A DNA stretch of 64,000 nucleotides from an uncultured Phycisphaerales bacterium (GTDB taxonomy: Bacteria > Planctomycetota > Phycisphaerae > Tepidisphaerales > Tepidisphaeraceae): positions 1,461,207-1,525,206 of the forward strand of contig CAVWLP010000003.1 in the NCBI GenBank assembly GCA_963755915.1, in the 5' to 3' direction. The position numbers and the translations under genes are program-made. Of the stretch, positions 1 through 11,447 are shown piece after piece (the first letter of the stretch is position 1; each line of letters begins with the position of its first letter). Below the pieces are notes generated by a model. That model did not search any database, was not told where the DNA came from, and worked only from the letters and a program-made list of their open reading frames with translations.

Positions 1-755
1 GGGGGCGACAGTGGGGATGGCACTTGAACGGGAGCTTGATTCTGCTGATAAAAGCGCACGGCGCTGAGCGCGACGTTCTGGCTTGTTCCGCCGGAGTAGT
101 TGTAGTTTGTGGGAGCGGCCGTGATGACCACGTCCTTCACGCGAGCGCCGTTGAAATTGACGATTTGGCTCACCGGGCTATACAAGTTTGATCCGGAGAG
201 ATTGGTCGCCTCAGGAATTGGCGCGGTGGATACGGTGGTCCAGTTGAAGCCGTCGTCGGTATACTGGATGGTGACGTCCTGCAAACCCTGGTCGTCATAG
301 TTGTAATTGGTACTGTCCTGATTGCCGTTCCAAATCCACATTTGACCGATCGAGTAGCTCTGATTGAAAGAGAATTCTATCCAATGGCTGAAGTCGGTAA
401 TGCCGGTCGGATCGGGATTTTCGGCGCTGTCGGATATCTGGCCGCTGAGCCACATGGAAGGGGTAAACGAAGGCGTGTTCGACGCCTGGGGTCCTTCAAC
501 GAATTGGCCCGAAGAATCGAAGAGATTCGGGTCCTCAGGGTTGTTGTCGCCGAGAACGGTGTTTTCGGGGAGATCGATGCTGTTGTGCGAACCAGAGGCG
601 GTCACCACAATGTCGGAGCTGGAGTCCCAGCCGTCGCTTAATGTCGGATCACCGACGGCGAGTTGGCCCAGACATTTGGAGGCAGCGGTGAGGATCGAAA
701 CGCCGCTCAGAAGCAATCGGCTGTCTCGGCAAGCAGAGCGTTTAATATACCGCAT
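1..755 (-). CDS. Secreted protein with a discoidin/F5-8 type C-like (CBM32-like) domain; 3' end runs off the window
   Basis: Absent from the ORF track. Manual translation from ATG 755 stays open to the window edge. It has a signal-like N-terminus (MRYIKRSACRDSRLLLSGVSILTAASKCLG) and the motifs WIEFSFNQSYSIGQMWIWNGNQ, GLQDVTIQYTDDGFNWT and ALSAVRF. Confidence 0.75.
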   Translation of the reverse strand, partial: MRYIKRSACRDSRLLLSGVSILTAASKCLGQLAVGDPTLSDGWDSSSDIVVTASGSHNSIDLPENTVLGDNNPEDPNLFDSSGQFVEGPQASNTPSFTPSMWLSGQISDSAENPDPTGITDFSHWIEFSFNQSYSIGQMWIWNGNQDSTNYNYDDQGLQDVTIQYTDDGFNWTTVSTAPIPEATNLSGSNLYSPVSQIVNFNGARVKDVVITAAPTNYNYSGGTSQNVALSAVRFYQQNQAPVQVPSPLSP

Positions 756-897
756 CGCGGAACCCTTTTTGTATTTACGCGGAAAACCGAACGCCAGGTT
801 TGGACAGCAAATCGCTCATCTTTTTTTGGAATTAGAAGTCCCACAACGGCAACTGCCTTTGAGGACTTTCTCGTTCGCCACGGCTTTGGCAAACCGG

Positions 898-927
898 GAC
901 TATACCGTGATAGACATGTGTATACCA
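898..927 (-). promoter_or_regulatory. Phased decamer operator array TGGTATACAC|ATGTCTATCA|CGGTATAGTC
   Basis: Divergent intergenic region. Matches the 10-bp periodic TGGTAY motif that recurs throughout the window. Confidence 0.6.
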
Positions 928-1093
928 ATTTGCGAGATTTAATCAACCCAAAAATGGTATTTTGGCAATTGGGGGCAGAACGGATCGACAGTGATCGTTG
1001 AAAGTAAGCTGATAATGTTGGTTTTGGCTGAGGCGTTAGTTTTCCGTTGAATCGGGATGAACGTCCATGTACCATCTCTAATCGGCGCAGGCA

Positions 1094-4000
1094 ATGGCTT
1101 CGCTGCGCGGCGTCACGGATCAAATGCGCTACGAGCAGTTTCTCAATCCGCCTCTGGAATGCAGGGCGATTTCGTTTTGGGCTTTGAATGGAAATCTCCA
1201 GGCGCGGGAGCTCGAGCGGCAACTGGATTATTTCAAGTCGATGGGGTTGGCGGGGGCCTGTCTGCACGCGCGCTCGGGACTCCAAACGCCGTATCTTTCA
1301 AGGCGCTGGTTTAACTTAATGGGGTCATGCATCAACCACGCACGCCGGCGCGGGATGATCATTTGGCTTTACGACGAAGACCGGTATCCGTCGGGCTCGG
1401 CAGGGGGGATGGTCACGCGGCGAAAGGAGTTTCGCCAGAAGCGGCTTCGATTGGAATATCAATCAACGGCTGAGCGCGGAGATGATGATGCAGTGCTTGC
1501 TTGGTTTGCGATATCGGGGAAGCCCAATTGGCTCGATTCCTATCGGCGGATTCAGGATCCAGCGGAGAGACGGGCAGGTGAAAGGGCCGTAAGTTTCAGG
1601 GTCTGCGATTCACCGTTTAATCCGTGGTTCAATGGCTATACATATTTGGACACTATGTCGCCGTCGGCGACGAAGGCGTTCATCGAATCGACATACGAGC
1701 CTTATCGACGCGTCTTTGGGCGGGAATTCGGAAAGACGATCGAGGGGATATTTGCCGATGAGCCGGGCTACGGACCAACGCTGGGGAAATGGTGGGGGGA
1801 CTTCATCGACGGATATAAGGAGGTCGAACAGCGGGAAATCCCCTGGACGGCGTCTCTTCCCGAACGGTTTCGAGAAAGATATGGGTATGACCTGCTCGAC
1901 CGTTTGCCGGAGGTGTACTGGGACTTCCGCCGTGTTCCGGCGAGTTCGGCGCGATACCAATATCATTCCCTGATCGCATCGCTGCTGTGCAATTCTTTTT
2001 GCCGAACGATTGGCCGGTGGTGTTATCGCGCCGGCATCAAGTTCCTGGGGCATGTCTTGAGTGAAGAGACGCCGTCCAGCCAGACAAATGTAGTCGGCGC
2101 TGCGATGCCGATGTACGAGCATTTTGATATTCCCGGCGTGGACGTGCTCACGGCACACTGCCGGGATTACGATACCGTAATTCAGTGCGCTTCGGTGGCA
2201 AACCAAATGGGGCGCAAGTGGGTGCTTTCGGAAACTCTTGGCGCCACGGGCTGGAATTTCACGCTGGAGGGGCATAAATCTTTGACCGATTGGCAGATGG
2301 CGCTGGGGGTCAATCGGCGATGTCTGCACTTATCGTTCTACACAATGGCAGGCGCTGCGAAGCGCGATTACCCCGCGAGCATTTCGTTTCAATCGGCGTG
2401 GTCGCCGCACTACAAACAGGTGGAGGATTACTGTGCGCGAATTACCGCGGTGCTAAGCAAGGGCAAGCCCGTTCGGCCGGTCCTGGTGATCCATCCCATC
2501 GAGAGTACGTGGCTTCGGTATCGGACGGGCTGGAGCGAAGCGACGGACATAAAGCGCTTGGACCAGAATCTTGCCAGCCTTCGTGATTGGCTGCTCGCGT
2601 TGGGGATTGGATTTGACTATGCGGACGAGGACCAGCTCGGGCGCTGGGGCCGGATCGTGAATGCGGGCGATGAGACAAAGCTGGCGGTGCGGCTGGCCCA
2701 ATATAGGGTGGTGGTGGTCCCGCCGCTTTTGACGATTCGGTCTACGACGCTGCAAAAGCTGGAGCGATTTCGAGCCGGTGGTGGCCGCGTTATTTGGCTC
2801 GGTCGAACGCCGGACTTCGTTGACGCGATGGAAAGCGATGAGGCCCTCGACTTCGCGGAATGCTGTGAACGTGTCACGTTTCGCAAAGGGGATGTCGCCA
2901 AAGCGCTTTCTCCGGTGGCGGATGTGCGCCTCCATTTAGTGAACGGTGCGCCAACCGTTTTGCATCATCTTCGACGGCAAAACAACCGGTGTACTCTTTT
3001 TATTTGCAATACCAGTGAAATGAAACCAATTAAAAAGTTCGACATCGAGGTTGCCGCGCGAGGCCACGTCGAGGATTGGAATCCCGCATCGGGGGAACGC
3101 TTCAAAGTGCCGACCGTTCAGGATGGCCGATTTCTGCGATTCAAGACAGAGCTGCCGCCAAGCGGCTCGAAAATGTTTGTCGTCAATCCGCGCCCGGCGC
3201 GGCAACTTGAGCAGCGTCCGCAGTGGCGCGAAGTCCGGTGCCAAACGCCGGGGAATTCTGGCTGGGATTATCGGCTCAGTGAGGGAAATCCGCTCGTGCT
3301 TGATTTTGTGAGCGTTCGCATCGGAGACGGGCGCTGGACGGAATCGATGGAGGTACTGAGGGCGGATCGATGGGTGCGCCAGAAACTTGGCTGGAAGCCG
3401 CGTAGCTATTTCGAAGTGCAACCTTGGAAGCAACGTTCGAGGCGAGGAAAGAGCTATCCCGTTCAGGTGAAGTCATCGTTTCGGATCGATGGCAGTCCGC
3501 CGAAGTCGTTGATTTTAGCGGCGGAATTGATTCGCGGGGAGCGTTCGCTGGCGTTCAACGGTACGGCACTGAATCCGGCATATACCACCAAGGGCTGGGT
3601 CGATTCATGCTTTCGGCAATTCAAGATAGATTCGGGTTTATTGCGAGATGGCCGCAACGAAGTTTTGCTGACGCTGGATTATGAAACGCGGTCGGGACTG
3701 GAAGCCGCGTACGTTTTGTCGGATGGCGGAGTAAAGATCGGCCGCCGCGAAGCGACGTTGTCAGACCGGCCGCAGACATTGAAGATTGGCGATGTGACGA
3801 GGCAGGGTCTGCCATTTTACGGCGCTTCGATTTCCTATGTTCGAAACGTTCAGTTGGCGCCGCGTGCCGGTGAACGGGTTTTCGTCAATCTTGCGCGCTG
3901 GGCGGGTTCGTGCGCGATCATTCATCTCGATGGCAAAGAGGTTGGAAAAATTCTATGGCGACCGTATGAGGTGGAATTACCGCAGGTGGCGGCGGGCACT

Positions 4001-4189
4001 CATGAGCTGACGATTGAGATCATATTGGGGAGGGGAAATACTTTTGGTCCACTGCATGTCCGCGAGATGCCGGTCTGGCACGGTCCGTTTGAGTGGGAGA
4101 CCGAAGGGGCGCGTTGGCAAAACACATATAACCTGGCGCCGTCGGGCCTACTGGGTGCGCCTGAAATCTCATATCGGAAATCAAAATAG
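1094..4189 (+). CDS. GH106-like (alpha-L-rhamnosidase-related) glycoside hydrolase
   Basis: 1031 aa with FWALNG..ELERQL, LHARSGLQTPYLS, WLYDEDRYPSGSAGG, GIFADEP, KRDYPASI and a C-terminal PSGLLG. No signal peptide. The start may be 1124. Confidence 0.75.
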   Translation: MASLRGVTDQMRYEQFLNPPLECRAISFWALNGNLQARELERQLDYFKSMGLAGACLHARSGLQTPYLSRRWFNLMGSCINHARRRGMIIWLYDEDRYPSGSAGGMVTRRKEFRQKRLRLEYQSTAERGDDDAVLAWFAISGKPNWLDSYRRIQDPAERRAGERAVSFRVCDSPFNPWFNGYTYLDTMSPSATKAFIESTYEPYRRVFGREFGKTIEGIFADEPGYGPTLGKWWGDFIDGYKEVEQREIPWTASLPERFRERYGYDLLDRLPEVYWDFRRVPASSARYQYHSLIASLLCNSFCRTIGRWCYRAGIKFLGHVLSEETPSSQTNVVGAAMPMYEHFDIPGVDVLTAHCRDYDTVIQCASVANQMGRKWVLSETLGATGWNFTLEGHKSLTDWQMALGVNRRCLHLSFYTMAGAAKRDYPASISFQSAWSPHYKQVEDYCARITAVLSKGKPVRPVLVIHPIESTWLRYRTGWSEATDIKRLDQNLASLRDWLLALGIGFDYADEDQLGRWGRIVNAGDETKLAVRLAQYRVVVVPPLLTIRSTTLQKLERFRAGGGRVIWLGRTPDFVDAMESDEALDFAECCERVTFRKGDVAKALSPVADVRLHLVNGAPTVLHHLRRQNNRCTLFICNTSEMKPIKKFDIEVAARGHVEDWNPASGERFKVPTVQDGRFLRFKTELPPSGSKMFVVNPRPARQLEQRPQWREVRCQTPGNSGWDYRLSEGNPLVLDFVSVRIGDGRWTESMEVLRADRWVRQKLGWKPRSYFEVQPWKQRSRRGKSYPVQVKSSFRIDGSPPKSLILAAELIRGERSLAFNGTALNPAYTTKGWVDSCFRQFKIDSGLLRDGRNEVLLTLDYETRSGLEAAYVLSDGGVKIGRREATLSDRPQTLKIGDVTRQGLPFYGASISYVRNVQLAPRAGERVFVNLARWAGSCAIIHLDGKEVGKILWRPYEVELPQVAAGTHELTIEIILGRGNTFGPLHVREMPVWHGPFEWETEGARWQNTYNLAPSGLLGAPEISYRKSK

Positions 4190-4272
4190 ACACAAATTGA
4201 AGTAAGGATGCCGGGAGTGCGCTGGGCGGAGCTGGTGCGGGCTGAGTTTATTCTTGCAGCACATGCACTGAG

Positions 4273-4312
4273 TGGTTAATATTGGTACACACTGGGCAAA
4301 AGCGGTATTTTC
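4273..4312 (+). promoter_or_regulatory. Phased decamer operator array TGGTTAATAT|TGGTACACAC|TGGGCAAAAG|CGGTATTTTC
   Basis: Four repeats at exact 10-bp spacing upstream of the 4470-15981 operon. Confidence 0.7.
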
Positions 4313-4469
4313 GGACGCGGGGCTTGACGCCGGCGAGGCCAAGCACAGCGGAAAAACATACGCCGATAAGGGACGAAATCCCGCCGCTGCAGGTTTTGGA
4401 CAAATCGCCGATCATCGGTAGTGGTTCAAACTGGCGCAGATTCGCTAAGTTTGTTGCAGGAGCCGGACG

Positions 4470-7256
4470 ATGCAGCTTCGATGCAATGGGTCGGTGGCGC
4501 AGGTTTTGTTTTGGGCTGGTGCGATTTCCATCGCAGCGTTGGGGGCCGCCGGCGATGCCGTGGCCGGCCCGTTGCAAGACGTGAAAAACCGTGCGGTATT
4601 GAAAAATGACAGTATCGAGGCAGTGATTCAATCGGGAATGCTGGTTGAATTGAAGCAGCTGCCCGGCGATGAACGCTTGCTGTCAAACGATCCGGCGGTT
4701 GCTTTCGGACGTCTGCCCGTTTTCGGCCCCCACGGCGCGGTGGGCATGGATCAATCACAGGTTGTTCAAACTGCCAGCAGCTCCTCGGTTGACACTCAAA
4801 TTGTCGGGGCGGATGGAACCAAGATTGCAATTGAATGGAGTATCGAACCGGGAAATGGTGATCTGGTGCTGCATGTTTCGGGCACCAGTTCCAAACCCGT
4901 CAACGAAATCCGCTATTTATTTCCTGGCTGCGACGTCAGCCGGCATACCGCGGTGTGGGTCGACGTTTACGGTGTCGCCCGCACCTTTCATGCGCCGTGT
5001 AAGGACGCGGAGATAGGAGATCCGGCAAGGGACGAAGCGCCGCAAACGTATATTCATCCACTTATCACGCTTTTCGAGGGAGAGGAAGGCGGCTGGTTTA
5101 TCGAAGGCCGCGAACCCAATATTGGACCGGCAACTCTTATGCTCCAGGGGACGGGGCAAAACATTAGCCTTGGAATGGTCCGCTCATTTCCCATTGCAAC
5201 CAGCACGCCTCAGCTCTTTGAAGTTCGCATTCGCGCCTATCGGGGTCAATGGCAAGACGCGGTCGATCCGTACGTGGCATGGATGGAAAAGGGGGGCGGA
5301 TTTATCCCGCTTGAAAAGCACTCGCCGTCATGGGTGAAAGACATCAAAAATCAGGCATACATCCGTATCGGGGATTTTGACGGGTTGGAAACGCTGGCCA
5401 AGCGGGTCGATCCGGCGCGGACTTTCCTAGGCCGCATGGTGGGGGCGTGGATTCATCCGATGGATGTTGGGTATCCCGATTATCGGCTGACCGATGATGC
5501 GGCGCGATGGATTAAGCGCGCTCGGGAGCTCGGTTTCCACGTCGGCGTTCATTTCAATACGTTCGGCATCAGCAAAGATTTTCCCGAGTTGATTCAACGG
5601 TTTCGAGGCGGTCTTGAGGTGACTGGCAAAGATGCGAATGGAAACGACACCTATTTCGGAATCGAGGGAGCCCACCGGCATGTCTACTGCTCGCCCGCAT
5701 ATCGCCCGTTCCGGGAATACCTGATCGCCCAGATGAAACAGGCTGTCGATGCGGGTGTGGATGTCATATACCTTGATGAATCGATGGCGCCGTGCGGTAA
5801 ATTTCTGGTGGATGGTGAGACCGCTATCCAGGGCGTGATGACGCTGGAAAAGGAAATCAAGGCGACCTATCCGCAGGTGGCAATAGAAACCGAACAGTTC
5901 AATCCGATGGAATCTCACAATGCCGACTTCGCGCTGAGCCAGATGCCGCTCGGACATCCGCTCAGCGGTTACATTTTTCATCGATTTGTGAATGTTGTCG
6001 CTGAGGGAGTCATGGGGGAGCCGGTGGACGATGCGATGATGGATGCGGAAGAGTCCTGGGGCTATATGCTTCCGAATGCTGCGAAGGAAGAATCCTGGCT
6101 TGAGATCGCCAAGGCGTTTGAAGATTACGATCTTGTGCCCGATTCACGAATGCCGCGAAAAGAATTCCTGCAATATAGAGATCATTATTCCCACGGTTTG
6201 CTGCCGGTGGACGATTCGACGCGCTCGAGTGAAGAAGATCTGTTTAACTTTCGCGGAAAGGACGGGGTTGTCGCCTATTACGCGAAGCAAGCCAAAAAAA
6301 GGGGCTTTGTGATCTGTAAGCCCGGTGAACAGCCGCAATGGATCGCGACGCGAATAAGCGGGATGATGAAGTGGCCGGGCCCCGGCGTTTTGCGCGATTG
6401 GGTGCCGGAAGTCGGTATGTATTCGGATTGGCTGATTTATGACGGCAACACAATGCTGGCGCTGGATCCAGGCAACACGTATTTTTGGGATGCCGCGGGC
6501 AAGTTGGATCCGAATCGTTTTCATCTGACCAGCGTGCCGTCGGATTTCGCGCCGCACATGGATATGATTCGGCGTATTCGCGACCAGGATGTGGGCCGAG
6601 ATGGCAATTGGTTTAAGATCAATTTCACGGGTCATGGAGAAATAGTCGCCTATGTGCCGGACAAATGCCGGGCCTTCCTTGATGGCCAGGAACTGAAGCC
6701 GGATCCACAATCAAGGCTGGCGCGGGTTCAGGCGGCAGCGGACGTGGACAAGCCGTCGTCGTTCGTTGCGTTTTACAGATCGGCGACGCCGCTTGAGGGG
6801 AAGTGGGTGGATCTTCCCTGGGAAACTCCACCCAACCAGCGGTCATGGTATGTGGCTCGCCATGTTTTGGATGACTATTCCGCGGATGGACCGGTACGGA
6901 TGATCAGGGACGGCGACGGCTTTTTCAATCATGTCGGCGGAAGCGGGATTATCGTCGGCCGGTTTCCGCAAGCCGAGCATATTCACCTCGAAGGCGCGTA
7001 TTGCATGCGAGACGATTCGCAAAGCACGGTCGGTGATGGGGTGATTCGAGTCAACGGCCAGGAGGTTTTGCATATTCATCCGGGTGATCGGCCTTATCGG
7101 ATACATGAGTTCGACGTTGATGTTTCGTCGTTCGCGGGCCAGAACGTGCTCCTTGAATTTGGGTCAGAGGGTGAAGTGCACGGCCCCACGATGGCGGACT
7201 GGTTTCATCCGCAGATCATTGTCGATCCACCGAGCGCTTCAGCCGAAGCGAAGTAG
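4470..7256 (+). CDS. Secreted DUF6259-like putative glycoside hydrolase, paralogue A
   Basis: 928 aa with a signal peptide. Shares GVDVIYLDE, ETEQFNP, GHPLSGYIFH and a C-terminal GDGVIRVNG..FDVDVSSFAGQ domain with three other ORFs in the window. Confidence 0.6.
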   Translation: MQLRCNGSVAQVLFWAGAISIAALGAAGDAVAGPLQDVKNRAVLKNDSIEAVIQSGMLVELKQLPGDERLLSNDPAVAFGRLPVFGPHGAVGMDQSQVVQTASSSSVDTQIVGADGTKIAIEWSIEPGNGDLVLHVSGTSSKPVNEIRYLFPGCDVSRHTAVWVDVYGVARTFHAPCKDAEIGDPARDEAPQTYIHPLITLFEGEEGGWFIEGREPNIGPATLMLQGTGQNISLGMVRSFPIATSTPQLFEVRIRAYRGQWQDAVDPYVAWMEKGGGFIPLEKHSPSWVKDIKNQAYIRIGDFDGLETLAKRVDPARTFLGRMVGAWIHPMDVGYPDYRLTDDAARWIKRARELGFHVGVHFNTFGISKDFPELIQRFRGGLEVTGKDANGNDTYFGIEGAHRHVYCSPAYRPFREYLIAQMKQAVDAGVDVIYLDESMAPCGKFLVDGETAIQGVMTLEKEIKATYPQVAIETEQFNPMESHNADFALSQMPLGHPLSGYIFHRFVNVVAEGVMGEPVDDAMMDAEESWGYMLPNAAKEESWLEIAKAFEDYDLVPDSRMPRKEFLQYRDHYSHGLLPVDDSTRSSEEDLFNFRGKDGVVAYYAKQAKKRGFVICKPGEQPQWIATRISGMMKWPGPGVLRDWVPEVGMYSDWLIYDGNTMLALDPGNTYFWDAAGKLDPNRFHLTSVPSDFAPHMDMIRRIRDQDVGRDGNWFKINFTGHGEIVAYVPDKCRAFLDGQELKPDPQSRLARVQAAADVDKPSSFVAFYRSATPLEGKWVDLPWETPPNQRSWYVARHVLDDYSADGPVRMIRDGDGFFNHVGGSGIIVGRFPQAEHIHLEGAYCMRDDSQSTVGDGVIRVNGQEVLHIHPGDRPYRIHEFDVDVSSFAGQNVLLEFGSEGEVHGPTMADWFHPQIIVDPPSASAEAK

Positions 7257-7336
7257 CGATGAATTTGCAAACGGTTGCCGCCGAGAGCCGCGGGAGGGAT
7301 GAGTACGATCTTAGTCGAGTTAGAGAGAATGGACTT

Positions 7337-8477
7337 ATGGTTTCCGGTGAACAGTTGGCCGCGTGGCTGAAGAAGTTGATTCAAATTCCCAGCGTGTCTC
7401 CGGATCAGGCGGGACCCCGCGCGGGGAGGCCGGCGAGCGCCGTATCGCCGCCAGAATCGCAGAATGGTTCGCGCAGTTCGGCGCCGAAGTTTTGCAGGAG
7501 GACGTGTGGCCCGGCCGCCCGAATGTCTATGGAATCTGGCGAGGCGATCAATCGCGCTGGTTGGCAATCGATGTTCACACCGACACTGTTGGCGTTGAGA
7601 TGATGCCTGGAGATCCGTTCGACGGACGTATTGAGGATGGAAAAGTTTTCGGGCGCGGCGCAGCCGATACCAAAGCCTCGCTGGCGGTGGCTCTCGCTCT
7701 TTTGAGCGACATTACGAGCAAGAACGGGCGCGTTTCATGTAACCTGCTGATAGCGGCAACCGCGGACGAGGAAGTGACCGCGCGCGGAGCACCGACCTTC
7801 GCGAAATGGCTTCGAGACAGGGAAATGGTGATTGATGAGTTGATGGTGGCGGAACCCACCATGTCGCGCCTGTTCACGGCCACAAAGGTGTGCTTCGGCT
7901 GACGTTTGTAATACAGGGTAAGAGCGCGCACTCATCGCAGGCACATCTGGGGCGCAATGCGGCGATGGCGGGGGTAAAGCTGGCTCTTGCGATGGAGGCG
8001 GAAAATGGCCGTATTCAGAAATCGACGTGCGAGTCGGCGCTGGGGCCGCCGGTGTTAACGGTAACAGGCATCAGCGGCGGGCTGGGCGAGAATATCGTGC
8101 CCGATCGATGTGAGGTCACGATTGATAGAAGGATCGTCAACGGTGAGAAAGCATCCTCGGTGCGGGAAGGGCTGCAGGCTCTAGCCTCGCAGACAATTTC
8201 ATTGCCGTTCCGAATGGAGATTCGACACGAAATCGACGCGTTTTACCAACCAGCGAATGCTCCGTTCGTCACTAAGGCGGCGGTCTGGAGCGGAAAAGCG
8301 GCCACAATGATGCCATTTTGCACGAATGCATGGGCCTATGCGGATGTCGCGCGCGAATGCGTGGTGCTCGGCCCCGGATCGATTGATCAGGCCCATACTG
8401 ATACGGAATGGATTGCGATTTCGGAACTGGAGCGCCTCGCCAAACTCTATTCGTCCTGGTGGGGAATTGCGACATGA
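7337..8477 (+). CDS. M20/ArgE-like metallo-deacetylase/peptidase, split by two frameshifts (~7425, ~7870)
   Basis: LIQIPSVSP, HTDTV, GRGAADTK, DEE, AEPT, GKSAHSS and GPGSIDQAH are spread over three consecutive frames. Confidence 0.8.
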
Positions 8478-9464
8478 GCAGCTTCGAGCCAGTCCGAGTT
8501 GTCGTTGTCGGGGTCGGGAAGTTTGGACAGCTCCATGCGCGCACGCTGGAGGGGCTGGCCGAAGCGGAATTGGCGGGGGTGGTTGAAACGAGTCCGCGGG
8601 CCATTGAATCGTTGAGGGGCGATTTTGCGAAACTGCGATCGTGGCGAAATATCGAAGAGGCTCTTGAAGAGTCTAATGCCGAAGCGTTTGTCGTCGCGAC
8701 GCAGACCGATTCGCATATGGATCTGGCAGAAAAGATTCTCAGCAAAGGACGAACGGTTCTCGTAGAGAAGCCGCTGGCGGAAGATTGTGCGAGCGCAGTG
8801 CCTGGCGGCCCATGTCAACCGGGAGTCGTCGAATTTCATGGCGGGCCATATTCTGCTCTTTGCTCCGGAGGTGCGGAGATTGGTCTCGGAGATCCGCGAG
8901 AGAGACGATCTGAGGTTCATTAGCGCGGCGCGGCATCGTCCGGCAGGAATCGGCGAACTTTATCCAGGAGAAACTCCATTCACGCTCACGATGGTTCACG
9001 ATTTATACCTGGCTTGTGCATTTCTGGGCGGAAGGGAACCGACCGATTGTTTCGGGCAGCTCAGCCGAAACGCAAAGGGTGAATCGGATCTGGCTTTGGC
9101 GGAATTGCGATGGGCCGATGGAATATGGGGCAGCTTTGCCGCGTCATTTCTGACGCCGAAGGGAATGGGAGACGACGGGTACGACCGTCTGGAGGTTTTC
9201 GGGGATCGTTGGGCGGCGCGTTTGCGCTTGAATCCTCAGCCAATGGAAATCTGGACAGAAAAGCAGCACTGGCCAATCGGCTTGGACATTCATGACGATC
9301 CAATCGCGCCCAGCGGATGGCTGGCAGAAGAGTTGCGGCATTTGTGCCGAGTCGTTCGCGGGTTCGCGAAAGTGCCTGTGGGCGCCCGCTATTGCGACGC
9401 CGTGCAGGTCCAGAGATGGATTGACGCGCTTCAGCAATGCGCGATGAAGGGGTTGAAATGCTAG
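8474..9464 (+). CDS. Gfo/Idh/MocA family oxidoreductase, one frameshift (~8790)
   Basis: GVGKFG Rossmann motif and VLVEKPLA in one frame; MAGHILLF and TMVHDL in the next. Confidence 0.8.
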
Positions 9465-10589
9465 ACGCCAAAACCCGGCAAGATCAATTCCCAATGCTGT
9501 CGCGGATGGCGTATCTGAATACCGCGGCAGAAGGGATTCCACCGCCTTCGGTCCACGAAGCGCTGGAGCGATATTGGTGCGACAAACTGAAAGGAATGGC
9601 CGGTCGTCAGGGGCATTTTGCTGCGCTGGAATCCGCCAAGGGACAGGTTGCGGCAATTTACGGTCTGTCGCCGGGCGAAGTGAGCTTCTGTTCGTGCTCG
9701 TCGGAGGCTTACAACTTGCTTGCGCTGGCGTTGCAGCTGCGCGAAGGCCAGGAAGTAATCATCAACGATCTGGATTTTCCGGCTGGGGCGACGCCCTGGC
9801 TTCAACCGACATCCGCCGCGACGGTGAAAGTTTGGCGTTCGGTCGGCGGCGCATTGCACGTGGAAGATCTACTGAAGCTCATCAATCCCCGCACCCGGCT
9901 TGTGGCGACGTCGTTGGTAAGTTTCTTCAACGGCTTCAAGATCGATCTTGCTGCGGTGGTAGCCGCGGTTCGCAAAAAATCAGACGCCATCCTGGCTCTG
10001 GATGTAACGCAGGCGCTCGGCCGGATTCCGATCGACTTCAAGGGTGTGGATGTGATCATAAGCAGTACACACAAATGGATACTGGCAACGCACGGCGGGT
10101 GCCTGGTCGGTGTGCCGAAGTTGGCTGAAGAGCGAATACATGTTCGAGCCGGGGGATGGTTCAACCAGGAAGACGCTTTCACCGCGGAGCGATTCAATCG
10201 CGCCGAGACGAAGCGCGGCGCGTCGGGATTCAGCGTAGGGATGCCGAATTTCCCGGCTGTCTATGCGATCGACGCGGCACTGAAATATATTCAGTCGATC
10301 GGCGTCGAAAACATTGCTCGCGCAGCGGATCCGCTGGTGCGGCAATGTCTTGCGGAGCTGCAGAAATTGCCGCTGGAATTCCTGACTTCGAATGAGCCTG
10401 CGAATCTGGCGGGGATCATTTCGTTTCGGCATCCAAAGATGGAGCAGCTCAACGCGAAACTGCTGGAACGCGACATTCATGTGATGTCGCAAGCGGGGCG
10501 CATTGCGCATTTCTTTGCACGGATATAACACACCGAACGACGTTGAGCGCCTCATCGAACGCCTTTGGGATGGGTTGAAAAATGTCTGA
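9458..10589 (+). CDS. Aminotransferase class V (cysteine desulfurase/kynureninase-like fold) PLP enzyme, frameshift ~10500
   Basis: YLNTAAEG, DVTQALG and SSTHKWIL (PLP Lys). The C-terminal RISLHGYNTPNDVERL lies in the shifted frame, ending at TGA 10589. Confidence 0.8.
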
Positions 10590-11424
10590 CCGAGCCGACG
10601 CTCACGCTCATTTGTTTTACCCCGGCTATGTCGCCGAACTGCCGGAGACTTGCCGGCGCTCACAGCCGTCGGAATTAAACCTCTACGAAGCTTTGGGGGA
10701 GAAATATGCGGTCCGCGGGCTGCTGGCGATCGGATATGAGGGATTGCCATTTGCGGCGGGAAACAACCAATATATTTGCGAGCTCGCTCGCAGCCGGAGT
10801 TGGATTCATCCGACCGCCTTTGTGCACGATTTGGAAAGACTCGACGTGGGGAAGTTGCAGTGTTGCGCGAGAATCGATTCGTTGGCTTAAGCCTTTATCT
10901 GCTCGACGAGCCGCAAGTTTCAACACTGAAGTTTGTCGCCGACGATGTTTGGAACTGGCTTGAGGAACATCTGTGGCTCATCAGCGTCAATTCCAGGGGA
11001 GCACATTGGTCGGCGTGGGGGCCGATCCTCGAGCGGTTTCCACACTTGCGTGTTTTGATTTCGCATCTTGGTCTGCCTGCCCGAGTGAGTAGGGCGCCGT
11101 CCAGAGAGCTGGCGCAGCTGCTTGACGGAAGTCGTATCGCTGGCCGCGTTTCCCGGCGTCCGAATAAAGCTCAGCGGCTTCTATGCAATCGCCCAGCCCG
11201 GGCACGCATATCCGCATCTCGCGGCGTGGCCGTACGTAATATCAATTATCGAAGTCTTTGGATCAAACCGGTTGCTGTGGGGATCGGACTTCAGTCCCAG
11301 CCTTGAGCACTTGAGCTTTCAACAGACCTTTTCGTTGTTCGATGAGATGCCATTTCTAACCAATGCCGATCGGGAAAAGATTCTCGGGGGAAATCTTCTC
11401 GGTTTACTTGACGAGGTTCGATGA
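10582..11424 (+). CDS. Amidohydrolase family (Amidohydro_2, lactonase-like), two frameshifts
   Basis: DAHAH, ISHLGLP, IKLSG and RLLWGSDF spread over ORFs 10582, 10776 and 11122. Confidence 0.75.
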
Positions 11425-11447
11425 GGCGTTGTTGGAGATGCAAAATG

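Noticed and set aside
109-942. Plus-strand ORFs 109-300, 342-641 and 364-942
   Set aside because: They are shadows of the real minus-strand gene starting at 755, which the track missed because it runs off the edge.
4273-4312. Decamer repeats as CRISPR repeats or replication iterons
   Set aside because: The units are too short and degenerate, have no spacers, and no cas or rep genes are present. They are scattered over promoter regions.
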